64,000 nt of DNA from a virus (IMGVR_UViG_2974794339_000001:11182-75181); one strand, 5' to 3'; numbered from the stretch's first letter, positions 19,509 to 29,405 are shown. Numbers and translations: made by a program. Notes: generated from the sequence alone by a model not told the origin.

Positions 19509-22436
19509 TTAGTCCATCATCTCCTTGAGTTCTACCAGCTCGATGAGGAGGTCTACGTAGATTGTCTCAAGGATTTCTTCTGTCCGGTCTTCCCCGAACC
19601 CGAGAACGGAGAGGATTGTCTCATCGAGCGTCTTCTTCGGCTCGAATCCTTCCCCGAGTTCATCCTCCGCTTCGGGGAAGTGGCGCTCCAATGCCTTTGT
19701 CTGTTCGTCGGAGAGGTTATCGGGGTTGACGTTCCTCGCCATTTGCTTGACGAGACTCGGAGCCTCAACGTCGTGAACATCCCCGAAGCAGTCCATCAGC
19801 TCAGATTTTTCCTCGTCAGATAGCCGGTTGGGATGGATAGTATAGAACCTATTTTGGGTGTATTTTCGATACTTCGTCCACCCACCACGACCGGGAACGC
19901 GGGTGAGAAGCATCTGTAATAGGCCGAACGAGGAATCAAACCAAAGGGAGAGAACCTTCGACTCAGCTTCGCTGAGGTCTGAGTGCATCCACATTCGGTG
20001 AGACACTCGTGGCTCGCTGGTGAAGTAGACGATATGAGACGTACCGGGCGCGGTCAAGTCTACTGTTTCTGGAATAGATGTGTGTGCGGCATTATCGACT
20101 ATGTGAGACTCCCACCCATCAGGAATCACATCTTCTTCTGCCAACGAGAGGAATCTATCAAGTTCGGCAAATTCACGGACGACGGTATGTTCTTCGAGTT
20201 CTGTAATATCGAGCTTCTGTCTGTACGGCTTCCGAAGGAAGTATGGCTCAACTGCGTCACGGGGAATAGTTACTGTTTCTCCGACGTGTCTGTGCTTGAC
20301 TTCAAGCTCATTATCATCCGCTGACTGAACGCGCCACACGTCGTTTTTCCGAAGGTTTGTGTCGGGCGCACCAATACATCCACCCGTCCACGGGTGACTA
20401 CTACCGCCTCGTGTTAGGCCAGCATCAAGGTGCTGTATCTGCGTGAGATTATCTTCTCGTTCGAGTATATCTCCCCATAGCTGGAACAAGGTGTGGTTCT
20501 GGACTGCGAACGGAGAGAACAGATTGTGAGTGTCCATCTGCTCCCTCGGAACACGCCAAACCGTAGCGGTGGATGAACCATCCTCGATGGTTTCGACCTC
20601 TCCGGCTTTCTCGTCTTTGAGTTGTTCAGAGACGTTCCGAATCAGAGAACTATCTACATCTAATCCGTCAAGGGAAACGTAGGTCGTGCTTGCGTCCTCT
20701 GTATTCCCCTTTCGGGCGATTATCATTACTTCTCGAAGGTCAGTATCCTCGGAGAAGTTGGGGTTGTCTTCTCGTGCGAAAATATACTCAATATCGTAGT
20801 CGTTTAGTAGCATCTCCCGAACACCGCTGTCGGTAGATTTGTTGAGGACAGTAGCCGGAATGACAGCCGCTATACGGCCACCTTCATCGAGGAATTTGTC
20901 TGCGAGATAGAGGAAGTATGAGCAGTAACTCATCTTCCCGTGGATGTGGCCCTTGTTGTCTCGTCGGGAGAATCGGTCACGGAGCCGGTCTTTGTATCCG
21001 TCAGCGAATCCTGCGACAGACTCTTGCCGAGTAAAAGGTGGATTCATTATGACGGTATCCATTGTCTTCAGCTCCATCTCCTGACCAATCGCGGCGTCCA
21101 TCGCCACGCTACCGGCCTCAATCGCATCCTCGCTCACGTCCGGCTTTTGCCCTTCTGCGAACTCGGCAAGACCTCGTTGTTCGTCTTTTTGTGGTAGAAC
21201 AAACGAGAGAGGGCTGATGGTGCTTCCCGGTGCGAGTTTAGTAGAGTCCTCAATGCCGATGTTCACCTCGTCAGTTTCGTAGATAGGAGCTTGGAGAGCG
21301 AGATGGATACAGCTCAGATGAGCCGCAAAAGGCATTACGTCGATTCCAGTAATGTCTTTTTCTACGAACTGTTGGTGCATCTTTTCGGTAAATTCGCTAT
21401 CCACCAACGACCTCTTACGGCTGTACGCCGCCGCGAGAAGACTTCCGCTCCCACACGCGGGGTCAAGGATTTTAGAATTAGACGAGTCGATACTGAGGTC
21501 AGCGAGAATCTGCCCCGGCTTGTTCATCGTGTAGTAAGCCGCGACCCGCTTCCTCGCTTCTATGGGTATTAGCTCGTGGAAGACCTTTCCGAGTACGTCG
21601 TGCGTGATTGACTCAGGACGAAGGGCGTAGATGGACTTGATAGCATCAATTAGGATGGTGATGCTGGTTTGAGGCAAGTCTTCCGCAATCCTGAATGAGA
21701 ATACCGGAGTGTAGTCAACTTCGAGTACGAGGTCGAAGTATTCGCTCAGGTCTTGTGGCGAGCCGAGCTTATCAGGGTCTATCTCAGGAAATTGCTGTGC
21801 TGAGGAAAGAACTCGGTAGAACGTGATTTGATTGACGAGAAGGAATCCTGCTGTCTTCTTCGCGGCTTCCCGTTCTTCCTCTCCTTCCGGGGACGCACCG
21901 AGGACGTTACGGAACAGGTTTTCTTCTGGTGCAGTTTCCAGTTCCTCGTTCAGGCGGTACGCCGTCTGTCGGAGGACGGAAACAACCTCGTCCGGGTCGG
22001 GTTCAGGTTTCCGCTCGTTCTTGATGTGTGAATCAAGCCATCGAGGGATTTCGTCCAACGAGAGGCTAACAATATCGGTAGGAGAGTCTCGGCGGAGAAA
22101 AGCGCAGGAGAATTTGTGGCCGCTGAGAACGGACTCTGCTGTATCTGTGAGCCGCGCCTGACCGCCATCTTGTTTTAGTTTATCGGGATAACAAATGAGG
22201 AATGTACCTTCTACCCCTGTGAGCTGGCCGTAGTCTCTCGCCTCACCGAAACCTTCCCATTTCTTATCCTCCCATTTCGCTTCACCCACGAAGGTCATTC
22301 CGTTGACCTTGATTTGGAAGTCGGGCTGAGAGCGGGTTCCGGGTGTCGAAATGGAAACCTGCGTAGCGGCATTTACCCCGTTGTCTCGGAGGTAATCTGC
22401 CATCAAGTCGGTTATTCCATCTTCCGTAGCAGACAT
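19509..22436 (-). CDS. Type IIG/IIL-like restriction-modification enzyme: N-terminal PD-(D/E)xK nuclease + gamma-class N6-adenine DNA methyltransferase + C-terminal target-recognition region
   Basis: 975 aa; N-term …QPDFQIKVNG…GEAKWE… (PD…EAK); motif I ILDPACGSGSLL followed by motif IV IMNPPFTRQES (I before IV = gamma class); ~450 aa C-terminal extension. Confidence 0.7.
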   Translation of the reverse strand: MSATEDGITDLMADYLRDNGVNAATQVSISTPGTRSQPDFQIKVNGMTFVGEAKWEDKKWEGFGEARDYGQLTGVEGTFLICYPDKLKQDGGQARLTDTAESVLSGHKFSCAFLRRDSPTDIVSLSLDEIPRWLDSHIKNERKPEPDPDEVVSVLRQTAYRLNEELETAPEENLFRNVLGASPEGEEEREAAKKTAGFLLVNQITFYRVLSSAQQFPEIDPDKLGSPQDLSEYFDLVLEVDYTPVFSFRIAEDLPQTSITILIDAIKSIYALRPESITHDVLGKVFHELIPIEARKRVAAYYTMNKPGQILADLSIDSSNSKILDPACGSGSLLAAAYSRKRSLVDSEFTEKMHQQFVEKDITGIDVMPFAAHLSCIHLALQAPIYETDEVNIGIEDSTKLAPGSTISPLSFVLPQKDEQRGLAEFAEGQKPDVSEDAIEAGSVAMDAAIGQEMELKTMDTVIMNPPFTRQESVAGFADGYKDRLRDRFSRRDNKGHIHGKMSYCSYFLYLADKFLDEGGRIAAVIPATVLNKSTDSGVREMLLNDYDIEYIFAREDNPNFSEDTDLREVMIIARKGNTEDASTTYVSLDGLDVDSSLIRNVSEQLKDEKAGEVETIEDGSSTATVWRVPREQMDTHNLFSPFAVQNHTLFQLWGDILEREDNLTQIQHLDAGLTRGGSSHPWTGGCIGAPDTNLRKNDVWRVQSADDNELEVKHRHVGETVTIPRDAVEPYFLRKPYRQKLDITELEEHTVVREFAELDRFLSLAEEDVIPDGWESHIVDNAAHTSIPETVDLTAPGTSHIVYFTSEPRVSHRMWMHSDLSEAESKVLSLWFDSSFGLLQMLLTRVPGRGGWTKYRKYTQNRFYTIHPNRLSDEEKSELMDCFGDVHDVEAPSLVKQMARNVNPDNLSDEQTKALERHFPEAEDELGEGFEPKKTLDETILSVLGFGEDRTEEILETIYVDLLIELVELKEMMD

Positions 22437-22520
22437 TGGATACTACGTGATTTGGAGGTCGGGACTATAAATTATGTCACAGCGACGACTTGGGAGAGAG
22501 AAAAACCTCGATGCGGTAAT

Positions 22521-22709
22521 TCAGGAGAAGATTTCTTCGGGAGAGACGTTGCCGTTGTGTTGGCGTTCTTTCTCCCACTCGATTTCGCCTTCGACTTTGC
22601 CGAAGATTTCGGAAGCGATGGTTCGGTCTTCGTAGTCTCGGTCGGGGTCGTCCTTGATTTGCTCCATCTCGTGTTCGAGGAAGGCGAGGTGTTTCGGGGT
22701 GAATTGCAT
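22521..22709 (-). CDS. small acidic hypothetical protein (62 aa, start MQFTPKHL)
   Basis: Internal ATG of tracked ORF; TATA-like TTTTTATAA upstream on minus strand. Confidence 0.3.
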   Translation of the reverse strand: MQFTPKHLAFLEHEMEQIKDDPDRDYEDRTIASEIFGKVEGEIEWEKERQHNGNVSPEEIFS

Positions 22710-22934
22710 ATAAAGAACCACACACCGTGGGCTTATAAAAGGGGGGGTGTTGGTTTGGACTTTATTTCCCCACACTCGGTTGTGGAAACGGAGCATTACA
22801 AGCACGGCATACGGCCCTATACCCCCTTGTTTTTTATAAGTAGGATTGGTAGTAGGTGGTACAGAGGCACGCAGGACGGGGTGTTACCGGCAAAGGTAGC
22901 CCCTTTCAGGGCCGAAGGCCTCCTCGGTAAAGCG

Positions 22935-22981
22935 CGTCCTTGGTAAGGACGAGACCGGGGGTTCAAATCCCCCCTCAGGCT
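22935..22981 (+). other. tRNA-Thr(GGU)-like 3' fragment: anticodon stem-loop, variable loop, T-arm and 3' acceptor strand only (candidate attP core)
   Basis: CGTCC-TTGGTAA-GGACG / AGACC / GGGGG-TTCAAAT-CCCCC / CTCAGGC-T; no matching 5' acceptor/D-arm found upstream; lies 180 nt upstream of integrase. Confidence 0.4.
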
Positions 22982-23164
22982 TTCAGCCTTCGTGGGGCTT
23001 CTCACCCCATTTTGCGTGCTTCTTGGACACGTAACAATGCGAACCAAGAAAGCACTCTACCCACAAACGGCCACCCCCGCGCCGTCGTGCGATTCCGTGA
23101 ATTGTCAGGACACTATAACGTGTAACCCCGCACGCGCGGGAACACAGAGCGTGGGGAACGGACG

Positions 23165-24361
23165 ATGAACCGCAACGACCCCCTCGATAGTGTGGAAATG
23201 AGCGCGGCATCCGAGAATATACCACCCGCGCCCGAACCCATCGAGTTTGGCTTCCCCCTCGTGAGCCAACGCTCCCGAGAAGACCTCGAACAGTTCGGCC
23301 TCAATATGATACAGGACTACCACGACTTCAAAGAGGAAGTCCTGACGTGGCTCGGCAACTACGGGAAGAACCCCGACAAGTACGAAGGGCTGGCCCCCAC
23401 CACCCTTGAGAGTACCCACTACAAGCTCGAAACCGTCTTCCGCTGGTTATGGAAATACGAGGGCCAATACACCACCACCTTCACGCCCGAACACGCGGAT
23501 AAATTCATCTCGCTGTTGAATCAAGCCGACTCGATGATTGACAGCACCGTACTCCACCACGCCAAGGACATAAAGCGGTACTTCCGTTTCTGTAACCACG
23601 CACGCGGGAAGGAGTACGATTGGGAACTGGACGTAGAACTCAGCCAATCCAACGGCGGAGACGAACGCGACTACCTCCGACGCGCCGCGTTCGAGCCGCT
23701 ATACCAAGCCGCGCTTCACCACTCGTCGGTCAAGAGCTACTACTCGTGTACGCCGGAGGAACGAGCAGAGCTGAAAACCTACGTCTCTCAGCGGCTTCAA
23801 GTCCCGAAAGAGAAAGTCGGGGCAGAGGAGTTCAAGAAAGCAAACTCGTGGAAATACCCCTCGATGATAGCCGCGACTCTCGATACGGGACTTCGACCCA
23901 TCGAGGTTGGACGCGCCAAGGTGTCGTGGGTGAACCTCCAAGATAACGAGCTGAACATCCCGAAGGACGAATCCACGAAGAACGTCGGCCATTGGAACTG
24001 CGCGATTCAGAAGCGCACAGCGAAGGCACTCGAACGCTGGATAGACGAGCGCGACACGATGGAGAAGTACGACGGTCGGGACGAGCTATGGCTCACGCAG
24101 AAAGCCCGCCCCTACACCTCCGACTCGTGTAACGGCCTCCTTGACCGAATCATCGAGTCGGGAGACGTACCGATTCCAGAACACCGGCAGGCCGAAGTGT
24201 CGTGGTACAGCATCCGTCACGGGGTCGCAACGTACTGGGCGAACCACGTCGGGCCTCACCACGCGAAAGAACAGCTCCGGCACAAGTCCGTAACGACGAC
24301 GATGAAGTACCTCCACTCGGACTCGGACACCCGAGGGAGCGCGGTCGAACAAATCTGGTAG
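23165..24361 (+). CDS. int: tyrosine recombinase/integrase
   Basis: 398 aa; C-terminal catalytic region …SIRHGVATYWANHVGPHHAKEQLRHKSVTTTMKYLH (R…HxxR…Y signature). Confidence 0.85.
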   Translation: MNRNDPLDSVEMSAASENIPPAPEPIEFGFPLVSQRSREDLEQFGLNMIQDYHDFKEEVLTWLGNYGKNPDKYEGLAPTTLESTHYKLETVFRWLWKYEGQYTTTFTPEHADKFISLLNQADSMIDSTVLHHAKDIKRYFRFCNHARGKEYDWELDVELSQSNGGDERDYLRRAAFEPLYQAALHHSSVKSYYSCTPEERAELKTYVSQRLQVPKEKVGAEEFKKANSWKYPSMIAATLDTGLRPIEVGRAKVSWVNLQDNELNIPKDESTKNVGHWNCAIQKRTAKALERWIDERDTMEKYDGRDELWLTQKARPYTSDSCNGLLDRIIESGDVPIPEHRQAEVSWYSIRHGVATYWANHVGPHHAKEQLRHKSVTTTMKYLHSDSDTRGSAVEQIW

Positions 24362-24829
24362 TCAGATAGCTTCGACCGAGCGAACCCCGAGGTCGTTCAA
24401 GCGGTACTCCTTCTTCCGACCATCCCCATCGAAGGGGCGCTTCTCAACCACGTCACGCTCTGATAGCTCCCACAGAATTTGGCTCACATCGTCGGGGGCA
24501 ATCCCACAATCTTCGGTGAGTTCGTCCTTAATTTGAGTCGTCGTGTGCCATTCCTCCCCGTTGTGTTCGTACAGAAACTCCGCCATCATCCGGGTGCGAG
24601 AGCCTTCCTCAAATGAAACCGCGTCGGGTGGTTCTGACTCTCGTTCCTCTATTTGCTCCCCGGTGATGTATTTCGTCAAATCAACCGGAGAGTCGGCCTC
24701 GATTGTGACCTTGATGTTGTCAATGGTATCGCTGAACCCCGTCTCCTCGATGAATCGGTTGAAGGCGTGGAGTCCCTGTTCGCCGGACAGTTCTAATGTC
24801 ATCACACCATCTGGTTCCTCAGATGCCAT
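24362..24829 (-). CDS. acidic winged-helix DNA-binding protein
   Basis: Start at MASEEPDG; C-terminal …ILWELSERDVVEKRPFDGDGRKKEYRLNDLGV… wHTH-like; convergent with integrase. Confidence 0.45.
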   Translation of the reverse strand: MASEEPDGVMTLELSGEQGLHAFNRFIEETGFSDTIDNIKVTIEADSPVDLTKYITGEQIEERESEPPDAVSFEEGSRTRMMAEFLYEHNGEEWHTTTQIKDELTEDCGIAPDDVSQILWELSERDVVEKRPFDGDGRKKEYRLNDLGVRSVEAI

Positions 24830-25099
24830 ATTCTGATATTCAGTAGTAGGTTCTGAAAAAGCTATTCCTATAATAAAAAAAGACCCCCGACCACAGGGGG
24901 TCGGGGGTGGCAAACACTACTGTATTCTTTTAATCGAGATACGCCTTCGCTTTCTGGTATTGGCCGTCTGTGTGATTCGGGAACGCGGTCACGTAGTCAG
25001 CCATTGTGTTTAGAAACTCATGGCGACACTCAGGAGAACACGTACTTTGAGTAAGTGGGAACTTCACCGGCTCACCACAGACGACACACTCTGAATCGC

Positions 25100-26464
25100 T
25101 CATTTCTTGAAGTTCATCACGGGCTTCAGCCGGTCAACGACCCCGGCAGTTGGGGTAATGTGTTCCTCGATAAGCTCCATCGGCTTGTATGCCTCAGGCA
25201 CTTCGTCGCCCGGAACCCGAGCAGAGTACGTCCCGTTGTCATACATCCGCTTTCGAGTCTCGTCGGAGTCGAACTCCGACCGCGCCCATCCACGGGAACC
25301 GAGTCGTCCCGCGCCGTGGGGAGCCGAGTAGTTGAACTCGGGGTTTCCGCGCCCCTGACAGAGCAAGGTTCCATCCTCCATGTTCATCGGAATGGTGAAC
25401 AGCTCACCGTCCTGAGCGCGGGTGGAGCCTTTCCGAATCACCATGTCCTCGAAGTCCACGTAGTTGTGCGGGGAGTTGAGGAACTTGGTAATCGACGCAT
25501 CGAGGGTTTCGGCCACCTCCTGAACCATCAGCAGGCGGTTGAAGCTCGCGTAAGTCTGAGCGAGCATCATGTCGTAGTAGTACCCGTAGGCTTCGCGGCC
25601 TTCGAGGTAGTCGAGGTCTTTGTTCCGGTTCGAGTCCGGGGAGTACGACTCAATCTCGGAGCCGATACGCTCGATTTCCTCGCCGTCGTTGTAGAGGCGA
25701 ATCTTCTCCCAATCGGGGGAGCCGTCTCGGTTCGTGTAGTGCTTCAACCGCTCGCTCATCTCGCCCCACTTCACGTCGGCGTCACGGTGTTCGGTCGCCT
25801 TCTCCTGCCAGTACGCCGCGACCTTCTGACCGAGGTTGCGGGAGCCGGAGTGAACGACTACCCACAGGTCGCCGGTCAGCTCGGACTCAGCCAACTCGAT
25901 GAAGTGATTACCGGAGCCGAGCGTCCCGAGAGAGCGGAGCGCGTACCGTCTTCCAGCTCCAACTCGGGTACACATCTTCTCGAAGTAGTCCGGGTTGAAC
26001 ATCCCCTCGTCGCGGCTCTCGTAGTCGAAGTCCATCGCGTCGTAGAAGTGGAGTAGCTTCTCGTTGGCCTTCCACCACGGGAACGACCACTCCAAGTCCA
26101 CCTGCGGTTCTTTGTGAACGCGACCCGTCCCCATCGGAATCCGGTCGCGCACCTCCTTGTTCACCTCACGGAAGTCGTCTATGTCGGAGGGGTAGTCGCA
26201 ATCCAACACATCGAGGCGGGCCGCCGTCATCCCGCACCCAATGTCGCCCCCGACCGTCTTCGGAATCACGCGGTCAGTCAGCGGCATCGAGAACCCGACG
26301 ATACACGCGGGGCCGAGTCCCCCGTGACAATCCGGCATGAACTTCACCGGGTTCTGGAACGCCTCGTGGTCAACCATCTCCTGTATCTCGTCTCGGAGTC
26401 CGTCTTCCACTTCTTCTTCTGGTAGGTGTACCTCTGCTGTCGTACTGTCTCCTTCTACAATCAT
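25100..26464 (-). CDS. rtcB: RNA-splicing ligase RtcB
   Basis: 454 aa; …GTLGSGNHFIEL… and …YSAPHGAGRLGSR… motifs characteristic of RtcB. Confidence 0.85.
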   Translation of the reverse strand: MIVEGDSTTAEVHLPEEEVEDGLRDEIQEMVDHEAFQNPVKFMPDCHGGLGPACIVGFSMPLTDRVIPKTVGGDIGCGMTAARLDVLDCDYPSDIDDFREVNKEVRDRIPMGTGRVHKEPQVDLEWSFPWWKANEKLLHFYDAMDFDYESRDEGMFNPDYFEKMCTRVGAGRRYALRSLGTLGSGNHFIELAESELTGDLWVVVHSGSRNLGQKVAAYWQEKATEHRDADVKWGEMSERLKHYTNRDGSPDWEKIRLYNDGEEIERIGSEIESYSPDSNRNKDLDYLEGREAYGYYYDMMLAQTYASFNRLLMVQEVAETLDASITKFLNSPHNYVDFEDMVIRKGSTRAQDGELFTIPMNMEDGTLLCQGRGNPEFNYSAPHGAGRLGSRGWARSEFDSDETRKRMYDNGTYSARVPGDEVPEAYKPMELIEEHITPTAGVVDRLKPVMNFKK

Positions 26465-26711
26465 TAGGTTCTGTTTAGATAGAGTGTATAACTCTGAGTG
26501 TTCTACTACGGTACTGTCTTAGTTGAGTGAACAACCTCGATGTGGTAAAACTCAAAGTAGGTAACTATCAGTAGGTAACTACTAAGAGTATATATCTAAG
26601 ATAGATATTTCGCCCGCGTTATGCGCTCGCGCGAGCTTATTCGGATGTTTCGTCGTATAGTACCGATACGGTACTATATGACTTAAAGATGCTGATTTAA
26701 GTCTTGGTGGG

Positions 26712-26924
26712 CTACTGGGGAGGCTCCAAAAACCGGAGAGGAACCGACCACGAACCCTTCATCAGACAGACGAAGAACCACGGATAGACGAACATCGTCG
26801 CCAGCATATTCAGAAGCGAAGCAACCAACACCCCGTAGAACGCAACCTCCAAGAACAGGAGCAAGAACGCCTGAGTCGCAAATCCGAGGTAGAACGAATA
26901 AAAATAGGCGTTCTTGGATTTCAT
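26712..26924 (-). CDS. small predicted membrane protein (70 aa)
   Basis: Two hydrophobic helices; stop overlaps next ORF start. Confidence 0.3.
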   Translation of the reverse strand: MKSKNAYFYSFYLGFATQAFLLLFLEVAFYGVLVASLLNMLATMFVYPWFFVCLMKGSWSVPLRFLEPPQ

Positions 26925-27178
26925 CTATTCCCGAAGTTCGTCTCGCTGATGGGAACGCAGGAGAGGCCACCGCCGTCGTAGGCAACAGAAGCGTAGCACA
27001 CGACGCCAGCCTCCCGGTCGATGAATCGGTCAACGGACTTCTGGTTGTCCTCGTAGACCTCCGTAGCGTCAGAAGCATCCGCCTTAATCGGTGATTCCTC
27101 GGGCTGTTCAGCAACACAACCAGCGAGAGCAATAGTCGATACAACCGCGAGAGTAAGTAGAATCTTTCTCCAGTTCAT
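26921..27178 (-). CDS. small secreted lipoprotein
   Basis: N-terminal signal with lipobox …IALAGC…. Confidence 0.45.
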   Translation of the reverse strand: MNWRKILLTLAVVSTIALAGCVAEQPEESPIKADASDATEVYEDNQKSVDRFIDREAGVVCYASVAYDGGGLSCVPISETNFGNR

Positions 27179-27567
27179 TTTTTGATTGGTCTTGTGTGGT
27201 AGTTCACACCGTGGTAGCCGGTCGTCGGAACGTCCTTCTCAATCATCTCGATGAGAGGCCACGGAAGCTCGTACCGACCGAATAGGTAGCCGCAGACGTT
27301 TCCGTTGTGGTCAGTTATCGCTTGAACCTTCGCGTCGTCGGGAATGGTAGGTGTCGTCATTCACTTCGATGATGTTGATTCCCACGTCAACCGTGGGGGG
27401 CCAGTTGAAGTCCTCGTCGTTCTTCAACCGAATGTAGTGGGCTACGTCCCCGCTTTTCGTCCAGTAGAAGTCCGTCACGTCGTAGTGGTAGGACTGTTCT
27501 TGGAACAGCGGCGGAAACTCAAAGTCGGAGTCTCCGGGTTCGGTAACGACCTCGATGAGTCCGTTCG

Positions 27568-27996
27568 TCACGGCTCAATCACGGCCCGAGCAAGCCACTC
27601 CTTCGCCGTCTCCACCGGGTCAGAGTGTTGCCGATACTCAGACTCGGAGATACTGAACCGGATTTTCGAGATGGGGTCGTGAGCATCGTAGGACTTCAAG
27701 TTAGCCAACTCCATCGAGTCAACCTCACACCGTTCGAGAATATCCCGGCGAGCTTCTTTCTCCACCTCGTTCCGAATCCGATACAGCTCGTGGAACGTCT
27801 CCGGGGAGAAGGCGTCGTCGGGAAGCTCCTGAAGGAGTGCGTTCAGGTGGCGAGCCAACCGAACATCCCGAGAGGGTTCAACCTCGGGAACGAAGTGCTT
27901 GAGTTCCCCAATATCGCCTGCGACTCCGTTCTTGATGGGTTCCTCCCCGAGCTTCGTCTGTTCCAGAAGCTCGTGGACTTGCTCAAGCCGATTCAT
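27568..27996 (-). CDS. hypothetical protein (142 aa)
   Basis: Clean frame, coupled to dcd. Confidence 0.4.
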   Translation of the reverse strand: MNRLEQVHELLEQTKLGEEPIKNGVAGDIGELKHFVPEVEPSRDVRLARHLNALLQELPDDAFSPETFHELYRIRNEVEKEARRDILERCEVDSMELANLKSYDAHDPISKIRFSISESEYRQHSDPVETAKEWLARAVIEP

Positions 27997-28540
27997 CGAA
28001 GTCCTCGTAGAGACGCGACGGGGTTGGCCCGGTCTGGTCGTTGTATTTGTTCCCGTTTTCCTCCGAGTATGCCACGTCCGGCGTGGTCTTCATATCGTGA
28101 AGTGCGAGCTGGCAAATCCGCATCGACTCTCGTAGCTTGATGGGATACGGAGCCGCGTTGAACAGTTCGAGCGTCACCTGCCCCCGGAAGCCGGGGTCGA
28201 TGAAGCCCGCGTTGTGGATGAACAGGCCGAGTCGCCCGACCGAGCTACGTCCGTGGAGGATACCCACCTTGTCGTCGGGGATGGTGATGTTCTCCTCGGT
28301 GTGAGCCAGCGCGAACTTGCCGGGAGAGAGCGAAAGCTCGCTGGTTCTTTCGTAGTGGGCCGGGTAGCTGTCCCGGTCGTCCACCTCCACCACGCCGGTC
28401 GCGGATGGAATCTTCAGCTCGTCTCCGAGGTGCAAATCCATCGAGGCGGGTTCGACGGCGAGAGGCTTCCCGCCACCCCGAGTCGCCCCGAGGTCGCCAC
28501 GGCTAATCGCGTGCTGAATGTCGTGCTGTGACAGAATCAT
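27983..28540 (-). CDS. dcd: dCTP deaminase (dUTPase-fold)
   Basis: Start MILSQHDIQHAI…; …GFIDPGFRGQVTLELFN… motif; ATG overlaps thyX TGA (ATGA). Confidence 0.7.
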   Translation of the reverse strand: MILSQHDIQHAISRGDLGATRGGGKPLAVEPASMDLHLGDELKIPSATGVVEVDDRDSYPAHYERTSELSLSPGKFALAHTEENITIPDDKVGILHGRSSVGRLGLFIHNAGFIDPGFRGQVTLELFNAAPYPIKLRESMRICQLALHDMKTTPDVAYSEENGNKYNDQTGPTPSRLYEDFDESA

Positions 28541-29241
28541 GGTGCGCGAAGGCTGTTTCCTTTTAGGTGTTCCTCGTAGGCGTTGAACACGAGCGGCGAC
28601 CACTCCTTACACTCCTCCAGAACCTTCGTGGCGAACTCGCGGGCCTCCCATTGGGCCTTCATGTTCTTCCGAAGGTCGAAGAAGTGCATCAGCGTCCGAG
28701 CGTTCGCGGAGAACGTCATGTCAACCTCAACCCCGATGGGGAGAACGAACCGAGCGTCCTCCTTCGCCATCCCCTGCTCGATGAGCCGTTCGTACAGCTC
28801 CACCGAGTTGAGGAAATGCCCTTCGAGGGCGTCCTTCCCGGTGAAGTCCTGAGCCGGGCCGTCGTACTGACCGAGAACCACGTCTTCGGCTCCGGGGTTC
28901 TTCTTGTCACCCGGCGGAATCACTATGTCCTTCTCGGAGAAGTCGCAATACCGCTGGCTCTGAACGTCGAAGCTCATGTGACGGTGGCGCGTCACCTGAG
29001 CCATAGCCGACCGCGAGAGTCCTTCAACAGCGAAGAACGCTTGGATGTGTTCAAACGGCCCGAAGTGGCCGCGTCGGAGTAGTTCACCGAGTAGTTCCTC
29101 GTGGCTCTTGGGCGTCCCTTCGAGCGCGTCCTCGACGGTCTTACCGACGAGAGATTCGCTCATGTAGTCGCCCCGAGCGGCCAGTACCGGAACGTCGTCG
29201 GGGTTCTGCGTGCTGTATTCTGCCTTGAGTTCGACTTTCAT
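28537..29241 (-). CDS. thyX: flavin-dependent thymidylate synthase ThyX
   Basis: 234 aa; signature …TRHRHMSFDVQSQRY… (RHRxxxxxS). Confidence 0.85.
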   Translation of the reverse strand: MKVELKAEYSTQNPDDVPVLAARGDYMSESLVGKTVEDALEGTPKSHEELLGELLRRGHFGPFEHIQAFFAVEGLSRSAMAQVTRHRHMSFDVQSQRYCDFSEKDIVIPPGDKKNPGAEDVVLGQYDGPAQDFTGKDALEGHFLNSVELYERLIEQGMAKEDARFVLPIGVEVDMTFSANARTLMHFFDLRKNMKAQWEAREFATKVLEECKEWSPLVFNAYEEHLKGNSLRAP

Positions 29242-29405
29242 TCGTGGTAGTAAGAAACGGAAAACTCGATTTCGGTCATTTCCGGCTGGTAGTGATGGGT
29301 TTCCTGAAACCCCTCGATGCGACAGTCCTCTCGTAGTACGTCGCTGAGAACGTCAGCAAGTAGTGATGCGATTTCGTCTTCAGTAACGGTTTGATAGCGT
29401 CTCAT
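29238..29405 (-). CDS. micro-ORF (55 aa) coupled upstream of thyX
   Basis: ATG…TGA frame MRRYQTVTEDEIASLLADVL…; stop overlaps thyX ATG (ATGA); below the ORF-track size cutoff. Confidence 0.3.
   Translation of the reverse strand: MRRYQTVTEDEIASLLADVLSDVLREDCRIEGFQETHHYQPEMTEIEFSVSYYHE

Noticed and set aside
22880-22981. Possible complete tRNA upstream of integrase
   Set aside because: Anticodon arm, T-arm and 3' acceptor strand fold, but no complementary 5' acceptor strand or D-arm can be placed in the upstream 60 nt; treated as a 3' fragment / att core rather than a tRNA gene.
25055-26056. 333-aa + strand ORF antisense to rtcB
   Set aside because: Shadow ORF; V/R/G-rich, no motifs; rtcB frame has diagnostic motifs.
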